Assembly: GCA_905178155.1 (NCBI GenBank)
Contig: CAJINV010000004.1
Coordinates: 3,245,035 to 3,309,034, forward strand
DNA: 64,000 nucleotides
Direction of reading: 5' to 3'
From: Amoebophrya sp. A120
Lineage: Eukaryota; Protista; Dinoflagellata
Shown: piece after piece, positions 35,487-48,900 of the stretch
How the letters are laid out: every line of letters starts with the position of its first letter
How positions within the stretch are numbered: the stretch's first letter is position 1
Program-made: the position numbers and the translations under genes
The notes under the pieces: generated by a model
The model's input: the letters and a program-made list of their open reading frames with translations, nothing else
The model's database searches: none
What the model was told of the DNA's origin: nothing

Positions 35487-36935
35487 CTTGTTCGTCAAGC
35501 ACGGCTCCCGATTTTCGCAATCAAGCCCGGCTTTGTGCAAGACGAGAAGAGGGCACTCGAGAGGACGAGAGGAGGACGTGGCTTATTAAGCTGCTGGTGC
35601 AAGAAGCACGAAGAGAAATGGTACTTCTTGTCTTGACCTACTGAACGCGACCTATTTTTCTCTTGCACAGGATTAAGCTAGTAAGTAATCTATCAAGCGA
35701 CGCTTCTTTCAGTACACAGGGGAAGATGGACAAAAAGTAGCTGAGACACAAAAAATGCAGTGTGCATGCGAAACTATTTCGGAGGTTTATGTGGGTTTTC
35801 GCTTTACTGAGGCTGTGCATGTATGAGCTGTGTGAAAGCAGATTTTTGGAAAAGTCGCGAGCCAGAATGCCAGGAAATTACCGGCGCTTCAGAAAAAATA
35901 GATGCGGACCTCCTCGTCACTCACGCTCCACTTTCAACTTCTTTATAGGAATCTTCTCTCGAATGCTTTGCCCCGCGGCTTACCTAGTACCTGCTAAGCC
36001 GACATCTTGTTGCCAACCAGCCCGGGAAAAGAACAGCGGCTCCTTTCGCAGCGAAAATTCATCAAAATCTCTACTAGTCTCACTATGCTAGTACGTTGAG
36101 ATTGAGTCTCAATCTTATTCTTTTCCCGTCCCCCACCAATGGTGGATTTTTATGAATATCAGACACATAAAGAGGTCATCCAAAATGGTATCCTCTGAAT
36201 TTTTTCTGCACACAGGATATTTATTGCAAGGTAGCTCGTATACCGAGCGGTGTACTAGTTAGTATTAACAAACTCAAACAACGCACAATGGTATAACAGA
36301 AATCCAATAGTAGTGATTCCAAGCAGGAAGCTTCAGATTTTTGCGAAAACAAATTTCTAGCAAAAAATGAGAATAGAAGCTTCGGCTCGGATAAGATAAG
36401 TCGCCGGCACAGCGACGAAACAAAAACAGAAAAAAAATAGTAAAGAAACTTTTCGTTCCAACAACATACTTCGTCGTTACATGGTGCCTTAAGCAGCGCA
36501 TTGCATTTGCAAGCGGAAGGAGTGTACTACTTCAAAGGCGTTGTAACTACAAACAGATAGGAACTCACACGACTTTTGTCGCGTTGGATGGGGAATGATA
36601 TCATAATTGATATTTGATCGTCTGAACGTACATATAATCGTGCTACTCCTGCAACACTCACATTTTGTTCCATCGAGTGTTTGTTTGTTTGTTTGTAGGC
36701 ATGCGGTAAGGTGGAAACGCGATTACTCACCTTTTTTCTTTAGCGCTATTTCAATAAAAATCCCTCTACCCAAAGAAGCTTGAAAAAATACTGAGTGACT
36801 GCTACCGGTAGTGCTAGTGTGCAACTGCTTTAAAAATAAAAACGGCCTGTTGGAAAAAGATACTACTGCCCATAACCCTCTGTCGTTGAAAAAGGCACAT
36901 CTGAATTCCATCGAATGTTCTTGCATTGTACATTC

Positions 36936-39900
36936 TCAATAATACGCCATCGGTTCTTCCTGCGCCTTCTTCTTTTTCATCTTCCGTGGTCGCGCGACTT
37001 CCATGTCGTCCGGGTTGTCAACCGGTCGCGACACCCGCCCGCGCAGCTGCAGATTCATGTCATCGTCTCGATCTTGATCCATCAAAGCGGGTAGTTTCCT
37101 GGCCTTCTTCGCCTTTCGCCCGCTTTCAGCGTCACGGGACGAAGGCGGGCGAGCGGAAGGTGGGGGAGGGGGCTGCTGGAAGCCGCTGTTCAGAGGTTGA
37201 TGTTGACCTGGCGGGGCAGTGGTTTCTACTTCAAGGGGCCGGTTGAAATTATTGTTTCTTCCCGATGACTTTTTACCACGCGAGGATTGTTGCGGCAATA
37301 CTTGATGTTGATTTGCGCCAGCCTGCTCATAGTACATCGGTGCAACGCCTCTCACACTATCTGGTACTATCGGCGGCGGCGGCGCAAAGTTGTTCCTACT
37401 GGTTGGTGGTGCGATGGTATTACCTCCGCCCGGCGCGGCTCGTCCTCCCCTGGATTTCTGCAGCAAGGTTGGCATGGAGTCTTCCTGTTCTCTTGCTCTG
37501 GTAGTTCCACCTGCTGCATTGTAGAAATTACTATCTTCGCCGACACTGCGGTTCGCGAACTTGCTGTTATGTTGTCCCCCTCCGAACCGGGACGTGGCGG
37601 CGTATACACTGTTTTCCGCGAGCCTGGGTAATCCCCTCAGATCGCGGCTGATCTGGACCAATTCTTCCGAAGTTTCCCGGTAGAGTTCATTAGACGTGTC
37701 GCGCACTAAAACCGCCACTTTCGAGGCCTCCTTCGCAATTTCCTTCGACGTTTGACGCACGAAACGCGCCGCCGCGTTTGCACTCGTCGTGGCTCCGGCG
37801 CCGCCGCGTGCCCGGGGACCCGCGTTTGACGCAGTTTTGGCATTCCCGTTGCTCTCGGAGCTACTATTTCGGTCGCTCTCCGGGGAAATTTTGTCGCCCC
37901 GCGACCGACTGGCGTTGGTTACGTGGCGCTGCTCGTACTCTTGCTTTCTCTTCTCTGCACTGGTGGCTGTGCCACTGCTGTTCCAAGCGCGAGGGTCCTT
38001 CTTCTTCGCTGCCGGTTGTTGTGTTTCCGGGCCGCCTTTGATGCTGGTCGTGTTCCCCTCTGCAGCTCCTGCTGTTGAGGGCGACACCGAAGCAGGTTTG
38101 CTCGCTTGACGAATGCTACCTGAATCGGGGTCACCGTCTTCTGCGTTTTTGCGACACAACTTCGATACAGCCACGGCCAGTAGGATGAGAACCACCAACC
38201 CCGCGCCGCCAAGAATCACGAAGGTCAGCGGGTCCGTGAGGCTAAATCCGAGCAGCGTCGCACCGCTCGCTTTGGTGGCTGCCTCCTCACGACTGGCGCC
38301 CACCTCTGGGTTATTACCATCTCCGCTACTGGATGTCTGCCCGCTGCCAGTAGTGCCCGAAGACGTGGTTGGTAACGCCGCCGTAGGCGCCGCCGCCAGA
38401 CTCGCGCCCGCGACGAACGTGGTCCGCCTTTCCGCGTCGGCTCTGGTTTCGCAGCTTCCCGACGAAATAGTAGATTCTAAATCCGTACAAGCCGTCCCGC
38501 ACGGCAAATTCCAATTTTTCTTCCCGTACCCGGACACCACCGAGCGAATGTCGATACTGTCTTGACCGCAGGAACTGCAGGCCTGGAGGAACAAATCAAA
38601 AGCCCCCAGCCGGTCGCCCATCTGGAGCTTCAACTCCGTCTTGTAGGACAGCGCCGGACAGAAGTCCGGGATCAACTGCAACGCCTTGTCGTAGTACTTT
38701 TCCGACTGCGCAAATTGCGGATTCGGCCTTTTGCGAAACGCGTAGCCGATATCGGATTCGAGTAAGGCAAGACAGACGTTCTCCTCCACAGACGCCGGCA
38801 GCCAGTCGGAACACGACAAGGGGGTGTGCGGCGTCACGCACCACAGAAACTTCAGCGCCTCATCGGCGGTTTCGTCCGAAGAAAAGCCCCCGTCGAAGTC
38901 CGCGGGTATCAGAAATTCCTTCGCGACCATGGGATACGTGTAGTGGTGTTTTCCGGTTTCCGTGTTAAACATGGCCCGTAGATCCTTCGTTTTCTCCATG
39001 TTGGTCACCTGGACGCGGAGTTTGTGCCCCAGTTCACAGCCGTGACTCGAGGTCAAAAAGTAGACCCCCTGGTTCTGGCAGTTGAATTCTACCTGCCCGG
39101 AGCTGGACAGAGGCGCGAGTTGGTACGCCACGCCGGAGGCGTCTTTTGTGTTACAAAGCACGTAGTCGGCTTCGGATTTCAACAGTAAAATGTCCAGCAT
39201 CCACTTGTCTCCCCCCCAACTGAGCCGGATGCTGTCCCCGACCTCACAGAGCACCTGCTTCAGCTCGGCCGCCGCGTTGTTGGACTTTTTCGTCAGCAAC
39301 GCGACGCCCCAGTCGTACTTCCCGACTTTCTTCATCTTTGGCTTCAGACTCGTGGTCGGGTTCGCCATGCTGGCAACCTGCACCATGGAGGTCTTTCCCG
39401 CGTACATCATGGCCGTATTCACCACGTTTGGGATGTTTTGCGACAAGGTCTGCATGCTACTCTCATCCGCGTTCGCCAATGTCGTTGCTAACGCCTGGAT
39501 GCCGGATGTCACGCCAGTCGTAGTACCAGAGGTGGAGGTAGCTCCTGTGGCCGCAGTGCCCCCTCCCGACGTTGCTGCTGGCGAATTCGCGGACCAGAAC
39601 TCAAAGTCCACAATCACGGACGTGGTCACCGACTGTCAGATCAGATCAGATAGTTTTTTGTAAATACTCATAAAGAGTAAGTTTACAAATGCTCGCTCGA
39701 AAGCGGCGGTAGGGACGTCGTGTAACTAGAAAAAAGCGATAAGGGAAAAAAAAATAAAAAGGCTTTTGCACTTGCTTTTTGGCTTAGGCCTAGGTCGCTC
39801 GCCCGCTGCTACTACAGAAACTGCCTGGTAAAGCTTTAAACTGGTCCTGACCTCAACTTTAGTACTGCTTGGCTTTTAAAGATGTTGCGCAACTACTTCC

Positions 39901-42900
39901 TCCGGAAAAAACAAGAACCGCCTCCCAAAAATGCTAGTCGATCTATCTCGTGCCTCTTCTTGCGCAGTTGCACTTAGGACGGTATGCGTGACGAGATTGA
40001 AGCTGCTTTGTCTTCACTCGCAGTTTTCGAACTTGGATACGCTTAGAACAACTCGAGAAGTTTTGATCATACCGTGCTGAGAGCATGTCAACTGACCTAG
40101 AGACATCGAACGGCTTCTGTAGAAAATTACGCGCCTGCTTAGCCAGGAAAATTACGCTGTAGCCCCCAACCAGCGGACTCACGTTGACCTACAAAGACCA
40201 TCGCTTTCGGCAATAGAATTTGCAAGCCCCCAGCGCGGTTTAGGTAAGGGCGTTAGGCCACCCGGCGCCTTTGTTTTAACTTAAGCCCTAACATTAAGTG
40301 GGCGTCAGGGTTTTGAACATACAAATAACAGAAGATGACGTTTTCAAAAAATGATGAACCTTCAAGAACTTAACCCTGTAGGAGAGAAGGACAGGTCCAG
40401 GAAACAGAAAAAACAAACCCACTACTATTGAGGCTCTCTACACCTTACGCTGCGGCTGCAGCAGCAGCATGCTCGCGCTCGCGACGCAGAGCATTGATCT
40501 TGCGGACATGTTCGTTTTTATTCAACAAAATTTCCTCCTTCTCCTGCACTGCAGCGTCGACGGCTGCCTGAACCTCCCCGAAGCGTTCCGGGCAGATAGA
40601 TCGGGTTTTGTATTTGGGTGGGAAGGCGAAATGCGCGGAGGCCATCCAACAAACACTTCTTCGCGTTGGCCTTCACCAGCGGGTCGGCAGTTGGCGGCTT
40701 GCGGCGTACTAAAGGGTCGGGCACAGCACCTGGCCCCTGCACCTGCTCCGCTTTCGTAACTTGTTCGGCAAACTCCCTGATGGCCTCACGCTCCTTCAGC
40801 TCCCGCATGTGTACAAAAGCGAGACGCAGGTTGCTGAACCACCCACGCTGGCCGTTATTGGCCTTCTTGCAGCTGTCGCACCCGCACGTGATCCGCTGCA
40901 GCCGAAAGCGCACCGGCGGAGCGCTGTCTTGCAGGAAATAGGCCCTGTACTGTGCAGGGTCGAAGGACGATGGTGAGCAACCGAAAAAAGGAAAAGCGCG
41001 AACCTCGTCGAGAATGTCAAAAAGCTCGTGGTGAAGGCCCTGCAGGTAGTGGTCTTCCTCCTCGGTGTGACCCGGTGTGCCTACCCGTCCGCACGTGGGG
41101 TGGCGCACTGTCAACGGGACTGGTTGCTGCGTTCCAATGCAGTCCGTTAGCGCTGCGATGCCTATGTGCCTGGAAACTTTCCCCAGGAACTTCTTGTCAT
41201 TAGTCCCGACCCCGTGCACCCTTTCCTTTACGTTGTCCACAATTTGCTGGCGCGCAGAGTTGCTTTCTGGGGCCGGCGCGCAATGCCATCCATGCGACCA
41301 GTCCTGGGCTACTGGGCAGAGGGCGTCGTGCTCACTTAACTCGAAGTCACCTGTAGCCCCACCGACGATGTTCAGAGGATAATGATCGAACTCCTCCCGT
41401 GCCCAATTCGCGTAGCCCCAAAACTCCTCCGAGTCTGCTACCCGGAAGCGGTCATCCGGGCCCTGGCGATGAAAAGCGCACTTCTGGAGGTCGCCACATT
41501 TGCACCGAGTCGGGAACTCTAGGTCTTTGCGTACCTCCTTGCGCAAGTCCCGCAACTCACGCCCCAGCTCCGTCGTAGCCGAAAACTCACCAACCCGGAT
41601 GTCAAACACTTCCCGGAAGATGCTGCTGGCGAATTCGCGGACCAGAACTCAAAATCCACAATCACGGACGTGGTCACCGACTGTCAGATCAGATCAGATA
41701 GTTTTTTGTAAATACTCATAAAGAGTAAGTTTACAAATGCTCGCTCGAAAGCGGCGGTAGGGACGTCGTGTAACTAGAAAAAAGCGATAAGGGAAAAAAA
41801 AATAAAAAGGCTTTTGCACTTGCTTTTTGGCTTAGGCCTAGGTCGCTCGCCCGCTGCTACTACAGAAACTGCCTGGTAAAGCTTTAAACTGGTCCTGACC
41901 TCAACTTTAGTACTGCTTGGCTTTTAAAGATGTTGCGCAACTACTTCCTCCGGAAAAAACAAGAACCGCCTCCCAAAAATGCTAGTCGATCTATCTCGTG
42001 CCTCTTCTTGCGCAGTTGCACTTAGGACGGTATGCGTGACGAGATTGAAGCTGCTTTGTCTTCACTCGCAGTTTTCGAACTTGGATACGCTTAGAACAAC
42101 TCGAGAAGTTTTGATCATACCGTGCTGAGAGCATGTCAACTGACCTAGAGACATCGAACGGCTTCTGTAGAAAATTACGCGCCTGCTTAGCCAGGAAAAT
42201 TACGCTGTAGCCCCCAACCAGCGGACTCACGTTGACCTACAAAGACCATCGCTTTCGGCAATAGAATTTGCAAGCCCCCAGCGCGGTTTAGGTAAGGGCG
42301 TTAGGCCACCCGGCGCCTTTGTTTTAACTTAAGCCCTAACATTAAGTGGGCGTCAGGGTTTTGAACATACAAATAACAGAAGATGACGTTTTCAAAAAAT
42401 GATGAACCTTCAAGAACTTAACCCTGTAGGAGAGAAGGACAGGTCCAGGAAACAGAAAAAACAAACCCACTACTATTGAGGCTCTCTACACCTTACGCTG
42501 CGGCTGCAGCAGCAGCATGCTCGCGCTCGCGACGCAGAGCATTGATCTTGCGGACATGTTCGTTTTTATTCAACAAAATTTCCTCCTTCTCCTGCACTGC
42601 AGCGTCGACGGCTGCCTGAACCTCCCCGAAGCGTTCCGGGCAGATAGATCGGGTTTTGTATTTGGGTGGGAAGGCGAAATGCGCGGAGGCCATCCAACAA
42701 ACACTTCTTCGCGTTGGCCTTCACCAGCGGGTCGGCAGTTGGCGGCTTGCGGCGTACTAAAGGGTCGGGCACAGCACCTGGCCCCTGCACCTGCTCCGCT
42801 TTCGTAACTTGTTCGGCAAACTCCCTGATGGCCTCACGCTCCTTCAGCTCCCGCATGTGTACAAAAGCGAGACGCAGGTTGCTGAACCACCCACGCTGGC

Positions 42901-45900
42901 CGTTATTGGCCTTCTTGCAGCTGTCGCACCCGCACGTGATCCGCTGCAGCCGAAAGCGCACCGGCGGAGCGCTGTCTTGCAGGAAATAGGCCCTGTACTG
43001 TGCAGGGTCGAAGGACGATGGTGAGCAACCGAAAAAAGGAAAAGCGCGAACCTCGTCGAGAATGTCAAAAAGCTCGTGGTGAAGGCCCTGCAGGTAGTGG
43101 TCTTCCTCCTCGGTGTGACCCGGTGTGCCTACCCGTCCGCACGTGGGGTGGCGCACTGTCAACGGGACTGGTTGCTGCGTTCCAATGCAGTCCGTTAGCG
43201 CTGCGATGCCTATGTGCCTGGAAACTTTCCCCAGGAACTTCTTGTCATTAGTCCCGACCCCGTGCACCCTTTCCTTTACGTTGTCCACAATTTGCTGGCG
43301 CGCAGAGTTGCTTTCTGGGGCCGGCGCGCAATGCCATCCATGCGACCAGTCCTGGGCTACTGGGCAGAGGGCGTCGTGCTCACTTAACTCGAAGTCACCT
43401 GTAGCCCCACCGACGATGTTCAGAGGATAATGATCGAACTCCTCCCGTGCCCAATTCGCGTAGCCCCAAAACTCCTCCGAGTCTGCTACCCGGAAGCGGT
43501 CATCCGGGCCCTGGCGATGAAAAGCGCACTTCTGGAGGTCGCCACATTTGCACCGAGTCGGGAACTCTAGGTCTTTGCGTACCTCCTTGCGCAAGTCCCG
43601 CAACTCACGCCCCAGCTCCGTCGTAGCCGAAAACTCACCAACCCGGATGTCAAACACTTCCCGGAAGATGCTGCTGGCGAATTCGCGGACCAGAACTCAA
43701 AATCCACAATCACGGACGTAGTCACCGACTGTAGCCGCCGATGAACTTCTGCTTGTTGTGTTTTTCGTCTCACGACCGTCGTATTGTTGTTCGTAGCAGC
43801 AGTTTGTTCACCAGCAACTACGTCCGGAACCCGGACTCCCACCACCTCGCACTCAATCGCGTTCGGGTCCGTGAGCCCCAAGCCGTTCACAAAGCCGTCG
43901 CACATCGCGGACTTGAAATCTGTATCGGCCGCTAGGCTGTCTACCGTCGTGTCCCCGGACAGTGTAAAGGAGAACTCCGGCATCCAAGAAAAAAACTGTG
44001 TTAGTGTAAGTCTTTTGATGGGAAAACAGCATCACAAGTTTTTCTGCCATGACAGGAAAAACTTGTTATGCGCAGATAGGAGGGGAAACCACATAGGAAG
44101 CAAGCCGATCATGCATGTCGAGCATGACAAGTGTAACTGTTTTGCATTTTCTGCAGCACAGATTTACACTTACACAGTTTTTTTCTTGCATATCCGGGGA
44201 GAGGGTCAGCGTCTCCCGCTCCGTCACTTCCTGCGTGGTGGCTGATAACACCGCTAACTCCGCGCGGGTCGTGGTGGTAGTAGTGACCGTTGTGGTGGTG
44301 AAGGTCGACGTGGTCGTGACAGTAGTTGTGGAGGTGGTGGTCGAGGTTACCGTGGTCGTAGTAACCGTAGACGTGCTGGTCGTGATAGTACTCGTTGAGG
44401 TTGTGGTAGACGTTACCGTGCTGGTCGTCACTGTGGAAGTGGAAGTTGTCACCGTCGAGGTCGTTGTGGAAGTCACGGTCGAAGTCGACGTGGTCACCGT
44501 TGAAGTGGTGGTGGAAGTCACCGTCGACGTATGAGAGTGCACAACTCCCCCTCCCCCACCCCCTCATTTGTGCTGCATGAACAGCAACACAAGCGCGGGC
44601 AAGGATGCAGCTTTTGCATGACAAATTCCTAGAGGACTGTAGTGCCGATTTGTATTCCGGAATTTGTCGTGCAAACAGCGCCACAAGGCAGCGACTGGAT
44701 TTGGGATTTTGCATGACAAATGAGGGGGACGAGGGCGAGTTGTGCACTGTCATACGACGTGGTGCTGGTACTCGTTACCGTGCTGGTCGTAGTGACAGTC
44801 GACGTCGTGGTGGTCACAGTTGACGTGGTGCTCGTCGTGACCGTGCTAGTCGTGGTGGAAGTCGTCGTGCTCGTCACCGTGGATGTTGACGTTGTGACTG
44901 TACTTGTGGTCGTGGTTGTCGTTGTCGTAGTAACGGTACTGGTACTCGTTGTTGTGAGCGTCGTCGTCGTGCTAGTACTAGTTGTGAAAGTCGTGGTACT
45001 CGTGACTGTAGTTGTCGACGTGGTCGTTGTGGTCAACGTGCTTGTTGTGGTGAAAGTTTTCGTCGTGGTCGAGGTCGTGGTTGAAGTCACCGTACTAGTC
45101 GTCGTGACTGTAGTCGTGGTCGTCAACGTCGTAGTAGTCGTTTTTGTCGTGGTCGTGCTGGTTGTGGTCAGCGTCGTCGTGGACGTCGTGGTTGCTGTGG
45201 TCGTGGTTGTGACAGTCGACGTCGTTGTTGAAGTGAGCGTTGTCGTGAAGGTAGAGGTTGTGGTCACCGTCGACGTTGTCGTAAAAGTGGAGGTTGTCGT
45301 CAAAGTTGACGTTGTGGTTGTCACCGTCGACGTTGTGGTAGACGTGGAGGTTGATGTTGTAGACGTGGTTGTAGTCGTTTTGGTGCTCGTGGTTGTCGTC
45401 AACGTCGTGCCTGATAGACGATAAATTGTTTGTTTTTCTTTTTCATGATTTCGGCTATAGTACTTCTTATTCGTCGTGTCGTACAACTTCATACAACTAG
45501 AGGACTTACTTGTACCACAATCACAACGGGAAGAGAAATCTGACTGTGTCTGTGATACGCCCAGATTACACCAACACGACCAAAAGCAAGAACTACAAGC
45601 AAGCTCCTGCCTCATTTCTCTCTAATTCACGATCGTGAAGATCCTCATATAGTTAAAAGTAGCTTTTTGCTCATTTCAATTTCTTCACATATACAAAAAT
45701 TTCCAAAAACTAAAATCACTGCTAGTACTTGTCGTCGTCACTGTCGTGGTACTGGTTACCGTCGACGTGCTCGTGGTCACCGTGGTCGTGGTGGTCGTCG
45801 TGCTGGTTTCCCCCGGCGCGAGCGTCGTATAGAGACGAAATAGGTGATCTTCAGCACTGTTCTTATCCCTAAAGAAATTCGCAGCATACCGTCGGGATTT

Positions 45901-48900
45901 GCCTTTTTTTTTGCGCCAACGCAGGCGCTGCAGTTTTTATGGTCGCGCCTGCGTAGAAGTGCTGTTGCCTCCCCTGGTGGGTTTTTGCACGCGGCCCAGG
46001 CGTCGTTCTAGAGGAACCAGCAGGCACTTCAGCACCCCGGCGAGCCTAGACCTAGACTAATGAGGCCCCCCCACTTCGCAGATCGACGCGCCCAACGGGC
46101 ACTCACAACACAGCCATCCGGCGCAGGCGAGCATCTTTTCCGCGGCCCCGGGCCCTACGTACTCGCAACCGAAAAAAGGCCGCAAGCCGGCTCGTGCGGA
46201 ACATGTTTGTAACGACCTAAAAATGGTGTTCTTATCTATGCACGAACAGGAGGGATAAGAACAGCATTTTTGAGAGAACGGGAACATCTGGAGGAGAAGC
46301 TTCAACTCTGATCGTCCAATCATCTCCGTGCATAGATGAGAACTTCTTTTATCTATGCACGGAGTTGGAGGATAAGAACAACAGAAAACGAGAACGGGAA
46401 CATTTGGAGCCGAAGCTACAACTCTGCTTCATCCCAAAACACCACAGCAGGTCGCTGCAGTAGTGTTCTTATCTATGCACGAGCGGGAACGTGCGCAGCT
46501 GAAGCACCATCTTTGCTTCGTGGACGTGGTTCCATAGCCATATACATATCATTTTATGGAGCCAGCGCCCCACCGGTCCTAATTTAGGACCGACGGCACG
46601 ACGCAGGCACCAAAGACAACACCGGAGGGGCCATCATCTGCTGCCTGACACAAAGAGAGACGAGTGGGCGCGCACACTGCCGCGGCCCGGTGCGACCGCC
46701 GGCGTAGCCCCGGCTTGGGGGGGCTCTTTGGGTGGGGCATCAGCTCGCGCCCGGGCGCGCAAACTTGGACGCAGTGGCCGGCGGTCATTCTGTCAGTGTG
46801 CAGAGCGCTCCCTGGCGCATGAGCTGGGGCTGCGCTAAGCACGAAAGCGCGACCCTCTGGATGATGCCCGGCGAAGGCTTTGGATAGCCCTGGGCGGTGG
46901 CGCTTTTGTTAGCCTCAGACACGCCAGGCCTTGCCTAGAATAAAAAAAGCCCACGAATCGCGACGGTATGGCGCGATTTTTCTTAGGGATAAGAACACGC
47001 GGAAAGATCAACACCTTTTTCATCTCTATACGTCGTGGTGGTCGTCGTGCTGGTTTCGCCCGGCGCGAGCGTCGTGGTCGTTTTCGTCGACGTCGTCGTT
47101 GTGCTGGTCGTGCTCGTCGCGGTGCTCGTTGTCGTCACAGTTGTGGTCGTCGAGCTTGTGGTGGTGGTAGTCACCGTCGACGTCGTCGTAACGGTGGTCG
47201 TCGTGGTCGTAACGGTGCTCGTGGTTGTCAGCGTTGTACTTGTGGCTCGTCGTAGTGAGCGTCGTAGTAGACGTTGTACTTGTACTCGTCAAAGTTGTGG
47301 TGTAAGTCGTAGTAGAGGTCACCGTCGACGTTGTGGTCACCGTTGATGTACTCGTATCCAGTGCAAAAGTATCGCACTCGTAGTAATTGCAGTCATGCAT
47401 TACAAATCTCCTTTCCAAGGTAAAACAGCATCACAAATTTCATTTCTCACGCTGAGCAAATTTGTCATGCGATTTATACTAGTACGATACTTTTGCATTG
47501 CATAACTCGTCGTCGTTGTCAACGTAGAAGTACTTGTGGTGCTCAAAGTCGTTGTGGTTGAGGTTGCCGTCGACGTTGTCGTCACCGTGCTCGTGGTCGT
47601 TGTAGTACTCGTTAACGTTGTCGTCACTGTACTCGTCGTGGTGGTCACTGTTGTGCTCGTTGTCGTCACCGTGCTGGTGGTTGTACTAGTAGTGGTCGTC
47701 GTAGAAGTACTGGTGGTTGTAATAGTACTGGTTGTCGTCGCAGTGCTTGTCGTGGTTGATGTTACCGTGCTCGTCGTTGTCAACGTCGTACTGGTGGTTG
47801 TCAGCGTCGTCGTACTCGTTGTCGTTGTGGTCAGAGGCGTACTGGTGGTTGTCAAAGTAGTACTAGTTGTCGTCAAAGTAGTACTTGTCGTGGTTAAAGT
47901 GGTCGACGTCGTTGTCACTGTTGTAGTTGTGGTCACCGTGCTGGTTGTCGTTACAGTGGTCGTTGTAGTGACCGTCGTCGCGATTGTTGCTGTCACCGTG
48001 GTTGTCACCGTCGAAGTGGTGGTGAACGTGACCGTGCTGGTGCTGGTTGACGTGGTGGTCGGGCACGCATCTATCCTGTGAGAAAATAACGCCCCCAGCA
48101 TTGCGACCCCAAAGTTCATCTTGCCATGCGGATTTGCATAAGCATGGTCCCAGCAAGCACTACATCTCTCTTCATGCTTTTAAACGACAATGACCACATG
48201 GCAGGCGTTTTCTACTAGACGTTGTTGGAATTGGAGACCTGCCATCCGCCAATCAGCATGAACAAGCGGATTTCTGATGCATGTGGACTAACTAGGCACG
48301 TGGTCTCCCACACTGCACGCCCAAAGTTTGTAATGCAAAAGCCCCAAACTTTTAGAAACTCCAGTAGAATTCACTTTTCTACTAGCACATTTATTGCCAT
48401 GTTCTTAGACAATTATGAGGAGCACGACGGAGGGACGTTTTTCATCCTCAGGTGGATAGCATCCCCGTATTCCACATACCCGTGCCCATACGGACAGTCC
48501 ACGCCCCCGCCCGCGACGGTCGTACTGTGCTGGTAGGTATGCATTGCAAATATGTCTGGGTCTGGAAGATTCCGAGATTGTCATGCTCATGCAGTTTTTC
48601 CAAGCTCCGCCAAGGCTGGAATGCAGGGCATAGCATCACAGGCTCTGCAGCTCCTTGGTGATGCCTATTCTGCATGAGAAATGCCCTCTCAGAATGGCCA
48701 GAATAAATGGGGAGCTTTTGCAAGTCATGCAACACAGATTTTTGTATGATCCGCAACACGCATGACAAGTTCGCATCCTTCCAGACCCAGACATTTTTGC
48801 ATTTGATAGTAGGTCCTTGACCGCTGACTTGGGTTCCCCGTGTACCCATCGCACTCCGTCCACGCTTATCAAATGTAAAAATGTCTGGGTCTGGAAACTT

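Larger units (their letters stand above)
44260..48060 (-). repeat. Thr/Ser-rich low-complexity coding repeats (TTTSTV/TL units) with three similar LAPGET/RAEL end motifs
   Basis: Degenerate ACN-codon array split by introns. Confidence 0.9.

Noticed and set aside
39637-40440. Hammerhead ribozyme or Penelope-type element in the tandem unit
   Set aside because: No CTGATGA..GAAA core seen and no GIY-YIG or RT motifs in the retained ORF.
44115-48081. Long poly-Val ORFs on the plus strand
   Set aside because: Antisense shadows of the Thr-rich coding repeats.
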